Positions 37,842 through 50,100 of a stretch of DNA of 64,000 nt are shown here, one piece after another. Under the pieces are notes generated by a model. The model did not search any database and was not told the origin of the DNA. It saw only the letters and a list, made by a program, of their open reading frames with translations. The stretch is from contig CBDCTJ010000007.1 in the NCBI GenBank assembly GCA_965222115.1, forward strand, positions 480,001 to 544,000, written 5' to 3'. Numbering within the stretch: position 1 is the stretch's first letter; every line of letters begins with the position of its first letter. The stretch is from Planctomycetota bacterium. Its GTDB lineage: Bacteria; Planctomycetota; PLA2; JAEUHO01. The position numbers and the translations under genes are program-made.

Positions 37842-39868
37842 TAGCGCACTCGCTGTCCCGGCGTGGCGCCTGAGTCAACGCCAAGCACGTAGATGTCGCT
37901 TCCGCCCGGTCCCGCCGCCAGCACCATGCCTTCGCTCACGCCGAACTTCATTTTGCGCGACGCCAAGTTGGCCACGCACACCACCAAACGTCCCTCAAGG
38001 TCCTTCAGTTCATATGCTTTCTTGATTCCGGCAAATACCGTGCGCTCCCCAAGCGGTCCAAGATCGAGCTTGAGCTGCAATAGGGCGTTGGCCTTGGGCA
38101 CATGGGCTGCTTCAATCACGCGCGCCACGCGAAGATCGGTCTTGAGAAACGTATCGATGTTGATCTCGTCTTCGAGCGGATCTTCGGCCTCGCTCTTGGC
38201 GACCGCGGCCGGGGAAGGCGGCGCCACAACGCTGGCGGCCACCACACGATCCAAGTCGGCGCGATCCATGCGCGCAAGCAGGTGTTTGAAGGGACGGAGC
38301 TTCACACCAAGCAAGGGCATGAGCGCTTGATTCCAGTCGGTAGTTGCCTCGCCGAAGAGTTCGTCGCTCTTTGCAGTGAGCCGGGGCGTAATGGGCGTGA
38401 GATAGGTGATAATCTGACGGAACAAGTTGAGCGCAACGGTACACACGTCTTGGAGCTCGCGCGCTTTGCTTTCGTCTTTGCGCAACGCCCACGGCTCCCG
38501 CGCCTCCACGAACTCATTGGCACGATCCGCAAGCGCCATGACCAATTTCACGGCCTTTTGGTAGTCGCACGCCTCGTAGGCATCCGCAATCTCACTGGCG
38601 GCAAGCGCGCCCTTCGCGAATAACCCACCGTCTTCGGGATAGCTCTCGCTAAGTCCCACGTCTTTGATGAACTTGGCAGTGCGGCTGGCAATGTTGACGA
38701 CTTTGCCCACCAAATCGCTGTTGACTTTGGCCACAAACTCATCAAGCCCCAAGTCAAAGTCGTCGGCCCCCACACCCAACTTGGACGCATAGAAGTAGCG
38801 CAAGTACGTGGGATCGAGATGCTCGGCGTAGGTTGCGGCGGGGATCGACGTGCCCTTCGTTTTGCTCATCTTGCCACCATCCACGGTAAGCATGCCGTGA
38901 ATCTGAACGCGCGTGGGCAGATTGAATCCGGCGGTCTTAAGCACGGCGGGCCAGAAAAGGCAATGGAAGTAAACGATGTCTTTGCCAATGAAGTGATAAA
39001 TCTCGGCGGAATCGTCCTTCCACCAACGTTCCAGTGGTTGACCGTGTTTGTCGCACCAAATCTTGGTGTTGGCAATGTAGCCATTGGGCGCCGTAAACCA
39101 CACGTACCAGTAGTTGCCGGGCGCAGTGGGAATCTCAAAGCCAAAGTAGGGCGCAGGACGCGACACGTCCCAATCGCGTAACGGACCCGATAGAAACTGC
39201 CCGCGCAAGTAGTTCTTTTGCTCGCCCCCTACGTGGGGCTCGGTGGCCACCCACTCGTCGAGGAACGAACGCAAGTGTTCAATTTTCACGAATACATGAG
39301 GATGCGTACGCGTTTCCGGCGTGGCATCGGTCATGGTGCTGCGCGGATTTTTCAAATCGGTTGCCGCATAGGTACTGCCGCAGGAGTCGCAACTATCGCC
39401 ATACTGATCCGGCGTTTCGCACTTGGGACAGGTACCGCGAACGAAACGATCGGCGAGGAAGAGTCCGGCCTTGGGGTCATAGAGCTGCGTGACATCGCGC
39501 GTTTCCACCATGCCGGCATCGCAGATCTTCTCCCAGATCTCGTGGCAGACGGCGCGATTCTCGGGCACGTTGGTATCGCCGTACTGATCAAACGAAATAT
39601 CAAACGCTTGGAAGTCGCGTAAGTGCGCGTCGCGCATGGCGTGGACGAGGTCTTCCGGCGACGTCTTCTCATGCTCGGCACGAATCATGATCGCCGTGCC
39701 GTGGGAGTCGTCTCCGCATATGAAGATGCATTCGTGTCCGCGCAGCCGTTGAAAGCGCGCCCACACGTCAGCCTGCACCGCTTCCACCATGTGGCCGATG
39801 TGAATCGGGCCACTCGCATAGGGCAGGGCACCGGTAACAAGGATTCGACGTTTCGACACAGGGTTCAT
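37841..39868 (-). CDS. metG: Methionine--tRNA ligase with C-terminal tRNA-binding domain
   Basis: [13 protein letters not shown], Zn knuckles [20 protein letters not shown]...SEGMVLAA. Confidence 0.98.
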   Translation of the reverse strand: MNPVSKRRILVTGALPYASGPIHIGHMVEAVQADVWARFQRLRGHECIFICGDDSHGTAIMIRAEHEKTSPEDLVHAMRDAHLRDFQAFDISFDQYGDTNVPENRAVCHEIWEKICDAGMVETRDVTQLYDPKAGLFLADRFVRGTCPKCETPDQYGDSCDSCGSTYAATDLKNPRSTMTDATPETRTHPHVFVKIEHLRSFLDEWVATEPHVGGEQKNYLRGQFLSGPLRDWDVSRPAPYFGFEIPTAPGNYWYVWFTAPNGYIANTKIWCDKHGQPLERWWKDDSAEIYHFIGKDIVYFHCLFWPAVLKTAGFNLPTRVQIHGMLTVDGGKMSKTKGTSIPAATYAEHLDPTYLRYFYASKLGVGADDFDLGLDEFVAKVNSDLVGKVVNIASRTAKFIKDVGLSESYPEDGGLFAKGALAASEIADAYEACDYQKAVKLVMALADRANEFVEAREPWALRKDESKARELQDVCTVALNLFRQIITYLTPITPRLTAKSDELFGEATTDWNQALMPLLGVKLRPFKHLLARMDRADLDRVVAASVVAPPSPAAVAKSEAEDPLEDEINIDTFLKTDLRVARVIEAAHVPKANALLQLKLDLGPLGERTVFAGIKKAYELKDLEGRLVVCVANLASRKMKFGVSEGMVLAAGPGGSDIYVLGVDSGATPGQRVR

Positions 39869-39874
39869 CCTTAC

Positions 39875-40867
39875 TTACCGCAGCCCGCAAGCTGTTTGCA
39901 CACGACCCAACACGCGGTGCGCCGTCTCGCGCGCTTTGCGAGCGCCGGACTTCAAGACATCGTCCACGTAGCCGACGTCGGCCTCGAGCGTCTTGCGACG
40001 TGCTCGCGCGTCGTCAAACGTCTGATGCAAGCGCTCAAGCAAGAGCTTCTTAAAGTCGCCGTAGCCCGTGCCGCCCTTGGTGTAGCGATCGCGTACCTCG
40101 GCCAGCTCGTCCTCGGTCGATACCAACGTAAGCAACGCGTACACATTGCATGTGTTGGGATCCTTCGGTGCCTCAACCGATACCGAATCGGTCACAATGG
40201 ACATCACGCGCTTCTTGAGTGCCTTGTCGGTATCAAATAGCGGAATGAAGTTGCCATAGCTCGACGACATTTTGCGCCCGTCTACACCGGGCACTACCGC
40301 CACCTCATCCAAAATGAAGCCTTCGGGCAGCTTGAGCGCACCGCCTTCGCCCGTCTTGGGATCAAAGTCGGCGCAGTAGGTGCGATTGAACTTCACGGCG
40401 ATGTCGCGAGTCATTTCAATGTGTTGGGTTTGGTCTTTGCCGACGGGGACTGTATCGCTGTCGTAGAGCAGGATGTCGGCGGCCATCAGCACCGGATAGG
40501 CAAAGAGTCCGAAGTCAACATCTTCGCCCTTGGCAAGCGCGTCTTTGTAGGCATGGGCGCGTTGCAAGAGGCCCATGGGTGACACGGTGCCCAAGATCCA
40601 TTGCAGCTCGCTCACTTCGGGCACGTCGGTTTGTGAAAAGATCACGGACTGCTCGGGATCGAGCCCCAATGCAAGAAAATCAAGTGCCACATCGCGTCGA
40701 AGGGGACGTAGCAACGAGGCATCACGCACTTGATTGAGTGCATGCAAATCGGCAATGAAATAAAACGCCTCGCCCTTGCTCTGCAGCGCGATCCACTGCC
40801 GGACCGCACCAAAGTAGTTGCCAAGATGCGGGCGGCTGGTGGGCTTGAGTCCACTGAGAATACGCAT
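39875..40867 (-). CDS. trpS: Tryptophan--tRNA ligase
   Basis: HLGNYFGA, YPVLMAADILLY, VPVGKDQTQHIE, KMSSS. Confidence 0.98.
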   Translation of the reverse strand: MRILSGLKPTSRPHLGNYFGAVRQWIALQSKGEAFYFIADLHALNQVRDASLLRPLRRDVALDFLALGLDPEQSVIFSQTDVPEVSELQWILGTVSPMGLLQRAHAYKDALAKGEDVDFGLFAYPVLMAADILLYDSDTVPVGKDQTQHIEMTRDIAVKFNRTYCADFDPKTGEGGALKLPEGFILDEVAVVPGVDGRKMSSSYGNFIPLFDTDKALKKRVMSIVTDSVSVEAPKDPNTCNVYALLTLVSTEDELAEVRDRYTKGGTGYGDFKKLLLERLHQTFDDARARRKTLEADVGYVDDVLKSGARKARETAHRVLGRVQTACGLR

Positions 40868-41266
40868 GGGAAGGTCCAGGGTTGGAGAGAGTCATGGGTT
40901 GGGCACGGTTCGAGCGTTCCCGGAACGTGGGTCAGCGCGCACCGAGCGCACCTACTCGATAAGCGTCACGGCAACACGAAAGCAGTGCAACCCCTCGCGG
41001 GAGACACCCACAGGAGAATTTAGGACGTCGAACCGAGATCGAAGGTCTGTTTCGTGCCGAGGTTCTGATTGAAAAGCCTCGTTACGAGCCCATGTCCCAA
41101 AGAGACGGCTCGGGAGACCGATGCGAGAGTCGATGGACCGAGACGCCGCTGTCGAAAAGCCAGACCCGCAGGCGTGGTCTGTCCACGTCGAGGATGGCAA
41201 TTTCGAAGGGACGCGACTCGCAGCGAGAGGATCGGAGCGCGCAGTAGAGGAGTTTTCTAGCAGAGC

Positions 41267-42913
41267 CTAATCGCCCGGCCACATCGCGCGGGAGCTCTCG
41301 AGCACTGTGAGGTTCAACGCGTTCGTGTCGCGGGTCATGCCCCGCACGAACAGGCCGCCAAGGGGCGTGACCAAGATGCCGACGCGGGTCACGGGTGGGC
41401 CCACGGTGTCGGTGGGATCTTCGCGATAGATGGTGCCGTCGGGTGACCAATCCACGCGCGTAAAGGCCGGCACAACAATCGTATCAAGTACGTACTCGGT
41501 GCCCCCCGGCGTAAACAGGCGCATGGGCACGTCGATATCGGAGCCCGTGGTGTTGGTCAGTTGCAGCCAAGTGCGTGTGCCAATCGTCGTGGTGGTCTGA
41601 ATCGGCAAATCGACAACGAATCCGGCCTTGGTGCGCAACTGCGCACCCACGCGGCGGTGGTAGGTATCGAAACTGGAGTCGAATGCGCGCGCGGAGATGT
41701 CGACCGAACGCGGTACTTGGAAGAAGAGCGACACGCGGGTGCGTGCCGGCGAGGCCGTGGGATCGCCAAAGATGTCGGCAAAGATACTCGACTCTCCCAC
41801 CACCAAGCCGCGCGACTCGATGTCGGTCGTGCTCATATACACCGTGCGACCCGCAGGCAGCAACACCGCGCGATTGTCGGCAACAACGGGCACGCCACCG
41901 CTCGTAAATACAGCGGCAAGCACCACCGCTTGATCCGTGGTTGTGGGATTGGACATCACCACACCAAAGTCACTCACATTGCCATAAACATCGGTGCCAA
42001 AGTCGACTTCAAAGCCCGCGTCGTATTGACCGGGCAGATCCGTGTCGCTCGCCTCTTGAAAGCGGCGCTCGGTATGAACATGAAAGCTGTCTTCGCGAGC
42101 CCCAGCCGCGTAGGCAATCACGCGTGCGGCTGGGACGCCGGTGAGATCGGGTTCAATACGCACATGGCCCGTGGTGACGGCCGGTGCAAGCGACACGCTG
42201 CCCTGCGGAGGAATGGTCAGGGGCGTGGTAGTGACAACATCCCCATCAACGTCATAAAATGTCGCAATCACATCGAGAGGCATGGGGTCGACGGGGCCGC
42301 CGGGAACGGGATCGTGTGTGTCATTCAAGATCTGGATACCGGTGGTGTCCTCCAAAAGGGTCACCGCCACGCCCCCGGCACGTGTCCCTATGCCGGTAGA
42401 CACATCGTGGCGCGGCGTCACGCCCGAACGCACACGCTCAATGGATGGAAACACATGACCGGTGGTTGCCAGCCCCACGGGCTCGCCCGATACCGCGTCA
42501 AACACGGTGGCGCTGCGGCTATCCACCGCCAACCAACCGCCAAGAAGCGGGCCGCCGCCCGTTAACGTCGTGAGTGCGCGGCGCACCTGTCCCGCCGCTG
42601 GAACCACAATGACCTCCGGAGCTGCATAGGGTGCACCGCCCGGCAGAGCCCCAGCATTGGGGGCAAAGGCCTGCACCGTTACCGGAGCGGGATCGCTGGA
42701 GGTGTTGGCGAGCACAAGCGTTGCGCTCTCTCCGCTGCCCGCCGTGCCAATAAAGGGTAGGACGTAACGTGCCAACCCCGGGGCAAAGCTCCCGAGAGTG
42801 CCGTCGTCGCTCTTGCCGCCGCCGCATGAGGTCGTCAGGGCCAGCGCGCAAAACGAAATCAGTGCCATCTGCATGAGACGATGGGCAAAACTGCCAGCGC
42901 GGCCTGTTGACAT
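41267..42913 (-). CDS. Hypothetical beta-rich lipoprotein
   Basis: AGGAG RBS; lipobox-like LTTSC-GGG; four repeats of an (L/M)xNx(T/S) ...xP(A)x(G/T) Ig-like pattern. Confidence 0.72.
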   Translation of the reverse strand: MSTGRAGSFAHRLMQMALISFCALALTTSCGGGKSDDGTLGSFAPGLARYVLPFIGTAGSGESATLVLANTSSDPAPVTVQAFAPNAGALPGGAPYAAPEVIVVPAAGQVRRALTTLTGGGPLLGGWLAVDSRSATVFDAVSGEPVGLATTGHVFPSIERVRSGVTPRHDVSTGIGTRAGGVAVTLLEDTTGIQILNDTHDPVPGGPVDPMPLDVIATFYDVDGDVVTTTPLTIPPQGSVSLAPAVTTGHVRIEPDLTGVPAARVIAYAAGAREDSFHVHTERRFQEASDTDLPGQYDAGFEVDFGTDVYGNVSDFGVVMSNPTTTDQAVVLAAVFTSGGVPVVADNRAVLLPAGRTVYMSTTDIESRGLVVGESSIFADIFGDPTASPARTRVSLFFQVPRSVDISARAFDSSFDTYHRRVGAQLRTKAGFVVDLPIQTTTTIGTRTWLQLTNTTGSDIDVPMRLFTPGGTEYVLDTIVVPAFTRVDWSPDGTIYREDPTDTVGPPVTRVGILVTPLGGLFVRGMTRDTNALNLTVLESSRAMWPGD

Positions 42914-43057
42914 AACGGTGCTCCTACCTACGCATCACGCAAAAAGTGTGCGCGTCCCTCAGTAGGAGAGATCGGTTCCAAAGCGAGCCCTATTCGTTGC
43001 GAAGCGAAGAACTCGACACGTGGGCCCGAACGAAATACTGACGGGTAGCCGTGTGGA

Positions 43058-43984
43058 CTACTCCTCGTGAACGACCGAGATGTGGTTGGAGACGCCCTCG
43101 GCCTCGGCCAACGCTTCTTCGGCCACGCGGAAGAGATCTTCGAGAATCTCTACACCTTCGGATTTGTGGGTGGCGGCGCCGATTCGAACGGAAACGTTGA
43201 TCTCGCGCGGGCTCAGCGCCAGGGGAGTATCGACGATCGCCACGCGAAGGCGATCACACAGCGAACGCACGCCCTTGAAGTCGCTCTGTACACCGATGAT
43301 TACAAAGGTGTCGTCGTTGTAGCGACCCACGATGTCGTGATCGCGACAAGTCGATTTCACGCGGCGCGCCACGGCCTTGAGCATCTGGTCGGTGAGCTCA
43401 TTTCCATCGGTCGTCCGAATCACGCGTAGGTCTTCGACTTGGACCAAGACGCAGGCGATGGGTGTACCGTAGCGCTCGGCACGACTCCATTCGGTGGTGA
43501 GCCGCTCAAGGACCTGCAATCGATTCCAAACACCGGTCACCGGATCGATGAATGGGACTTGCGTGAGTTCGAGCTGAATCTCGTCGAGCATGCGGGACTT
43601 GGCGCGCAACTCGGCTTGCACGCGTTGCAAGGTGCTGCGCTCAACCGGGCGATCGCCGCGGACGCGTCCAAGAGCAGCAACAAGACCGCCCTCAACGGGG
43701 AAGAACCGATACTCGACGACAATCGGCGAACCGTCGGCGCTTCGATGCGGCACGTCGATGGTGATTTCTTCACCGCCCGCGGCACGCACGAGATCGGCAG
43801 AAATCGACGCGCGCGCATGTTCAAGAATCAGCTCGACGAAGTCAACGCCCTTGCTGGCGCCGCCGACGCACTTTTCAAATGCCGGATTGAACTCGCACAC
43901 GCTGCGATCCGACGCGAGGACGACCAAGAGGTCACCCGCGTCGCCGATGGCGCGTTCAAGAAGGCTCGGATCGTGATTCGACAT
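43058..43984 (-). CDS. PAS + degenerate GGDEF domain protein
   Basis: PAS-like N-terminus, coiled coil, DPVTGVWNR, I-site RDHD, active site GRYNDDTF instead of GG(D/E)EF. Confidence 0.85.
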   Translation of the reverse strand: MSNHDPSLLERAIGDAGDLLVVLASDRSVCEFNPAFEKCVGGASKGVDFVELILEHARASISADLVRAAGGEEITIDVPHRSADGSPIVVEYRFFPVEGGLVAALGRVRGDRPVERSTLQRVQAELRAKSRMLDEIQLELTQVPFIDPVTGVWNRLQVLERLTTEWSRAERYGTPIACVLVQVEDLRVIRTTDGNELTDQMLKAVARRVKSTCRDHDIVGRYNDDTFVIIGVQSDFKGVRSLCDRLRVAIVDTPLALSPREINVSVRIGAATHKSEGVEILEDLFRVAEEALAEAEGVSNHISVVHEE

Positions 43985-44145
43985 GCAGGTTCTCGGCCTT
44001 CCAGCGCCCGGGGGTGGAGCTGCCACCGCAGCCATATCCCTCATCGAACCTGAGCGTTCAAACCTTTAGAACAGAGGCAAAACGCCGAGGTCCGCGGGGG
44101 CGGGCATCATAACGCCGTAACCTCTGTTTCTAAAGAGCCTTATGC

Positions 44146-47100
44146 CTACTCTTTGGGATCACTGGCCGTCGCATATCGATCGTCCAGGCTCACGACCACG
44201 AAGGCCTTCTTAAGCGCTCCCGTGGCTTCCAAGATGCCGCGGCCATCGGTGCGTCCGCGGGTGCGAATGGCGACACCGTCACTAGCGGCGACATAGGCCC
44301 CGCGCACACCGCGCCCCTTGGCATCGGTGACATAGACACGGATCTTCTTATCACCGATGCGCTGAAGTTCCACGGCGAGGTCGGTGCGCGAAACCAGGCC
44401 GCTGGTTTCGAGCTTGCCCGACTTTGCAATCACGAGCCACACACCGGGGCCCTTCTCTTTGGTGGGAATCGTCACCGTGGAGGTGGTGTGATCCTTACCG
44501 CCGGTCTTATGTTCCCACGCGTGCGCGGGCACCAATCCGGAGAGATCGATTCGGTGAAGTCCGTCCAAGGTCTTGCGAATGGCAAAGAGCACTTGCAGGT
44601 CTACGGGATAGGCCTGAATCGACACCGACTCCACGCCGCGATGATTCAACGCGAACGTGAGCGGCTGGTTCAGGGCATGCACATGACGGCTGTCCATGCT
44701 GAGCGACGTGCGGGTAAGGAACGCCACGGCCTCGGCAGCATCCTCAACACCTTTGGCCTTCTTGTAGAGCGCCAACGCTTCATCGACGCGGCCTTGAATA
44801 TGGCGTACACGCGCAAGGTAGTGATAGGCGCGAGTGCGGAACGGACTCCACACGTCGCGACCGCGGTTATCCTTGAAGCGTCGTTCCACTAGCGGCTTGG
44901 CTGCAGCTTCCACGCTCGCGGCTTTGGCCTTGTCATCGGGCGCCAGCTCAAACTCGCGGTAACGCACGTCACTCAAGAAGTAGTAGGCGTCATCCACAAA
45001 GCGACTGTCGGGGAAGCGACGCAGGAACGCTTCCGCCTCATTGGCGGCGGTATCGAGTTCGCCCACACGGCGATGCGCGGGCACCAACAGGTAATTGATG
45101 GGCGCCGTGACGCCACGCGAACCAAAAAGCTTCTCATCGGACGCGTGCGCCGCCAAATCACGCAGCGCTTCAATGCTCTCGTGATCCATGGGCTTGCCCT
45201 TGCTGCCGAACGCCGAATCTTCGGGACGCTGCAATGCTTCCATGCGTTGCGCACGCGCGAGCATGGCCTGCACGACCGGACCCGCCAATGGATATGCCCG
45301 TTGGCGCGAATTGAGCGCGGTGAGTCCCTTGAGTTCTTCACCACGCGCCGTGAGCGTTTGCGCCCACTGTGTTTCATGGCCAAAAGCGCGGTAAACGAGC
45401 GCCTCCATCAACGGACGCGCGGGATCAAACTCGCCCAACTCGTGATACGCGAACGCGATTGCGCGTTGGTCGTCGAGTTCGTTTGGAATGAGCCCAGTGT
45501 TGCGGCGCACAAGCTCTTCGCGCGCGCGAACAATCTCTTTGGCGTCCTTCATTTCAATCGCGCAACGCAATAGGTGACTCTCGGCCGCTTCCACGATCTC
45601 GTCGCGAAGGGGAAGCTGCTTGAGGCTCGTAAGGGTTTCGCGCGCTTCCTTGTAGCGCTTTTCTTCGACGAGCTTCTGTGCACGCGCCCAACGTTCGTCG
45701 GGCGTGGCCTCGGCCTCCACGTCGGTGGTGGGATCGTTACTTTCCTTCTTGACCAACAGACCCGTGCCCGCGGCACGCGCGTTGAACTCGGGCCGATACA
45801 TAGCGTAAGCATGCGTGCCAAGCGCAGTGGAGCGACCCCAGTGCGTGGCCTGAATCACATAGTCAATGGTGGTCGTTCCTTCCGGCACCTTGCTAAGGAA
45901 GAACACCTGGCGATCGTCGCGGCGCTCTTGCCAATCAAAGGGCCCGGACGTGGTGTCTTCCAACACTTCGAATGCGGAGGGAAGCGGATCTTCCACCAAT
46001 ACGTAGCGCAACGTGCGAGACGTCTTGATGGTAAGACGCACCAAGAGTTTGTCGCTATCGACAACTTCGGTTACGTCCTTGGCCTCAATGGTGGGACGCG
46101 CCGCGGGACGCAACACGCTGTAGCCAGGTTTCTGCTTGGGCGGTGAGCCGGGGTCGGCAGCCTCTTCCTTGCGGAGGTAGGAGCGCGACAACGTGAACCC
46201 ATGCGTGTCGCCGGGCAGGTCATCGGACTTCTGAACCGCCGACAGACGCACGGCGTAACACAGTTCGCCCTGCCCCTTGATTTTGAAACCCAAACGGTGG
46301 CGGCCCGCAGACAAGCTGTTGGCTTCGCCAATGCGGAAACGACGATCGGAGGGATCAAGTATGCGGTCACCGGTTTCAATGGACTTGACGACGTTTCCAT
46401 CCAGCAACACGTCAATCGTGCCGCCAAAGCGCTGCGCACGGCCACCTTCTAGCCATGCACATGCTGCGTGAACGAAGGCACTCATGTCTTTTGTGTGCAG
46501 GCCACGCCGCTGCATGCGTCCTAGGCGCATCCAATTCATGGCGCGCTCCACATGCAGCGATGCCTTCTTGGTACGCACCAAGGCAGTGACGGCCCACGCC
46601 GTGGCTTCAAAGTCGCTGCCGGTAAAGCAGTCGTCTTTGCGCGCCGTCCACCAACTCACATCGTCTTTCTGCTGCACACGTTCGATGAGCAAGCGCGCGA
46701 GTTCGTCGGCCTCAAAGCCGCGCCCCTCTTCGTGAGCGGCCAAGCAGAGCCATGCGAGGCCGGTGGTGCTCAACGCTTCGTTGCGATTGCGAAACGACGC
46801 GGCAAAGGCTTCGGCATTACGACGCCGAACTTCGGCCAAAGCGAGATGCCCCAGCGCACGATCGTCTTCAGGACCGCCAACCACCATCTTACGCAGTGCT
46901 TGTGTGGCCTTATCGATCGCGCGGTCAAGACCCTTGACGCCAGCCTTGCGCGCACCCACGAGTCCACGCAAGGCGTAGGCCGTCATGGCCACATTGCCGT
47001 TGCCGCCGGCGAACCAACCAAAGCTGCCGTCTTTGTGTTGGAAGTTACGAATCTGGCGTGCGCCGCGCTCCGCCGCGGCGAGCACACTCTTGCGCACGTC

Positions 47101-50100
47101 GGCGGCAGGCGAACCCGATGCCGATAGTGCCCGCTGGGCTTCAATCAACGGCAAGAAACGATGTACATTTTGCTCGAGACAGCCATAGGGGAACGTCTCA
47201 AGTACCAACAACGCGTCGCGAATGGCGTCGTGAAGCTGAGGCGCGAGCAACACCTGCAAGCGCAGCGTACCCGGAACCAAGTTTTCAGGTACGTCGAGGA
47301 AGGTCTCGGCGCTATCGGACTTGGAGCTATCCAAGAAACCACTGCGACCGTCAATCGTTAGAGGTATGCCGCGCGCCTTGGTGCTGAGCGACACTTCTAC
47401 AGCATCCGATGCACCGCCCGCCGACACTTTGGCCGTGAGCTTCACGCGGCCTGGCTCCGTAGCCGAGACGTCGCGATCGGACACGCCGCGACCGCGCGCG
47501 CCTATTTTGAGGGTTTCGTCGTTTCCGGAGAGCGTTACGCCTTCGGCCTTGATTTCAACCTTGGCATCGACTTCGGCACCGCTGTTGTTGTGAACTGCGG
47601 TGGGTACGGTGATCTCGTCGCCCTGGGTAAGGAAACGAGGTGTGTCCATGCGTACCAAGAGATCGCGCCGTGCGCGACACGATGCCTTGCCGGACCCCAC
47701 CAGTGCTTTTGCAGAAACTCCGCGCACATCGGCACGCCACGATGTCAAGTTGTCGGGCAGTTTGACCCGCACCGTCGCTTTGCCGTCGTCTCCGGTTTCA
47801 AGCGCCGGATTCCAATAGGCGCTGTCTTCAAAATGACGACGCACCTCCATAGATTCCATACCCGGCTCATCTTGGAGGTCGAGCAAGATCGACTTCCACC
47901 GGCGATCGAAGTTGCCTTGAGTACCCGAAAGAACGAGTGCTCGTTGGTGTCGCTCAAGCAGTTCTGCCTGCCTGCCAACTAGATTCGCGGACTGGCTCTT
48001 GAGCACTTCGCGGCGGCTGCGGCCGCGTTTCTTGGATTTGCGTCCTTCACGGCCACGACGCATGCCTTTTGAGTCGGCGCCATCGAAGGGCGCGTCGTCG
48101 AGACCCTCGGATTCCCCAAACGAATCCTCGAAATCAAGGTTGTTGTCGCTCTCCACTTCCTCCGCCATCGATGCCGCCGGTCTCGCCGCGCTGCGCCGCG
48201 TTTCGAAACGCGCACCGCCGCTACCGCCAGCGATCCCGATTGCTCCTGGAGGTGCAGACTTTGCCGCGGGCATCGCCGCGGTCATCGGGGGCGCCGGCGC
48301 CTTGTCAGCGGCATATTGTTGTAGCGCGGCCTGCGCCGCCTGATTTCGAGCAAGTTCACGCATCAAAACGCGAGCGTCCCAGGACTGTGGATTCTTCTCT
48401 ATCGCATCCACGGCATTCTTGACGGCCAAGACGGTGTTGCCTTCGCGCAAGGCTTCCCGCGCGTCAGCAAGTAGCGCCATGGCGATCGCTGCATTGCCGT
48501 CGTCGCTCCGGGCCGCAGCTTCTGCAAGGAGGTCCTTACTCGTCTCTCGCGTGGTTCCGTAAAAGCGCGTGCCCATCGACGACGCGGTCATGACACCCAA
48601 CGTGCGGCGTCGGTCGTAGAAATAGGGGCGAATGGATGGCGAGGTATCGGGCGCAATCGCAAAGACCGCCTCATCGATTAGCGACAATCCAACCTCGGCC
48701 GTCACGGGCTTGCCCTGCGCATCGCGTGTAACAACCGCGATCTCAACTTCGTCACCGGGCTTGGCGGTCTTGGGTGCAATCGAAACGTCGATGTCCAAAT
48801 GACGCAGCACGACAACTTCGGTATCGGCTTCGAGCAGTTTCTCATCGCCGGGCGTAGCCACAGGAATGGCGACTTTGAAAAACACGTTGGGCGCGTGGTG
48901 GCCCTTGAGCGGCGCTTCCACCATGGTGCTTGTGCCCGTAAGCGGCACGAGCATGTAGTCGAGTACCTTTTCGCCTTCATACGTCAAGAGCGCCACGCCC
49001 TCGGTCATCGGCGAACGAATCATCAGCCCCGCCGCTTCGCCTTCGCGGTAAAGCGTCTTGGCCGCTACAAGTCGCGCATCTTTGGCGGGATCTTCCTCCT
49101 CACCACTGACTTCGATATCGACATAGGCAGTAACCAAGCGATCGCGCGCGTCTTTGCCACGCCAACGCAAGCGCCATCGACCGGGTTTCTCCAACGACAG
49201 CTTCATTTCGGCTTCGCCGGATTCTCCTACGGCGAGTGGGTGGCGCGCCTCTTCGATCTCCTCGTCGCGCACAACGGTCGGCACGCGTTTGCCGCGCTGC
49301 TTGGGGTTTAGCGGTGTACGTACTTGCCGCAACCGGAGGAGTACGAGTTCACCAGAACGCGCCACCGCACGCTCCAGCGCATCCACGGTGCGGACCGTGG
49401 CGTTGAAATCTTGCTTAGGGCGAATGACCTTGCGATCGGTCTTCACAAGCGCCATGTAATCGCGCTGTGTAACGGGAATGCGCCCTTCATCCATGACCCA
49501 GCGACGGGTAATGTCTTGCGCCATGGCGCGCACGACATACTCAGCGTCTTCATCGCGTTCTTGCGTGGGAAATACGATCTCCGCCTCCCCCGCTTCATCG
49601 GTGGTCACGCGTCCGCGTGCGACGCGTTCGCGTCCCGCCGTTTTTATGCGCGCTTCCTTCTTACGACGTTCGTCTTTGAAGTACCACGAATAGTCTTCGG
49701 CGACGCTCGGCGTAAAGGTGCGCGGCATACGCCACACTTCATAGGCCACCGGCGCATCGGCGACCGGACCACCAAAGGAATAGGTCAACGCGATCTTGGC
49801 CTTCACGTCGTCGCCGGTGCGCACCACGGCTTGCTCGGGCTCGACGGCAATTACAAACTCAGGCTTGCGGTATTCCTGAACTTGGAAGGTCCCTTCCCAC
49901 GTGCCGGCGTGGTCGACGTCGAGCCGCACGCGGTAGGTGCCCAGCGGACTCTCCGTACCCAGCGCGTAGGTGCCTTGGAATGTGCCAAACGCGGTGGACT
50001 TCACGCGCGCACTCAGCGCAACGTCGCCGCGAGCATCCAAGATTTGAACGCTGCCCTTGTGTTTGCCCACCGGCAGGTAGTTGCCGCCGTTGGCCTTCAT

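Noticed and set aside
40868-41266. T-box, glycine, cobalamin or c-di-GMP riboswitch upstream of trpS
   Set aside because: The defining consensus motifs are missing; kept only as an unassigned ncRNA candidate.
41561-42565. 334-aa plus-strand ORF and similar long antisense ORFs over the macroglobulin, RHS and kinase genes
   Set aside because: They lie fully opposite well-supported genes and have no recognisable domains.
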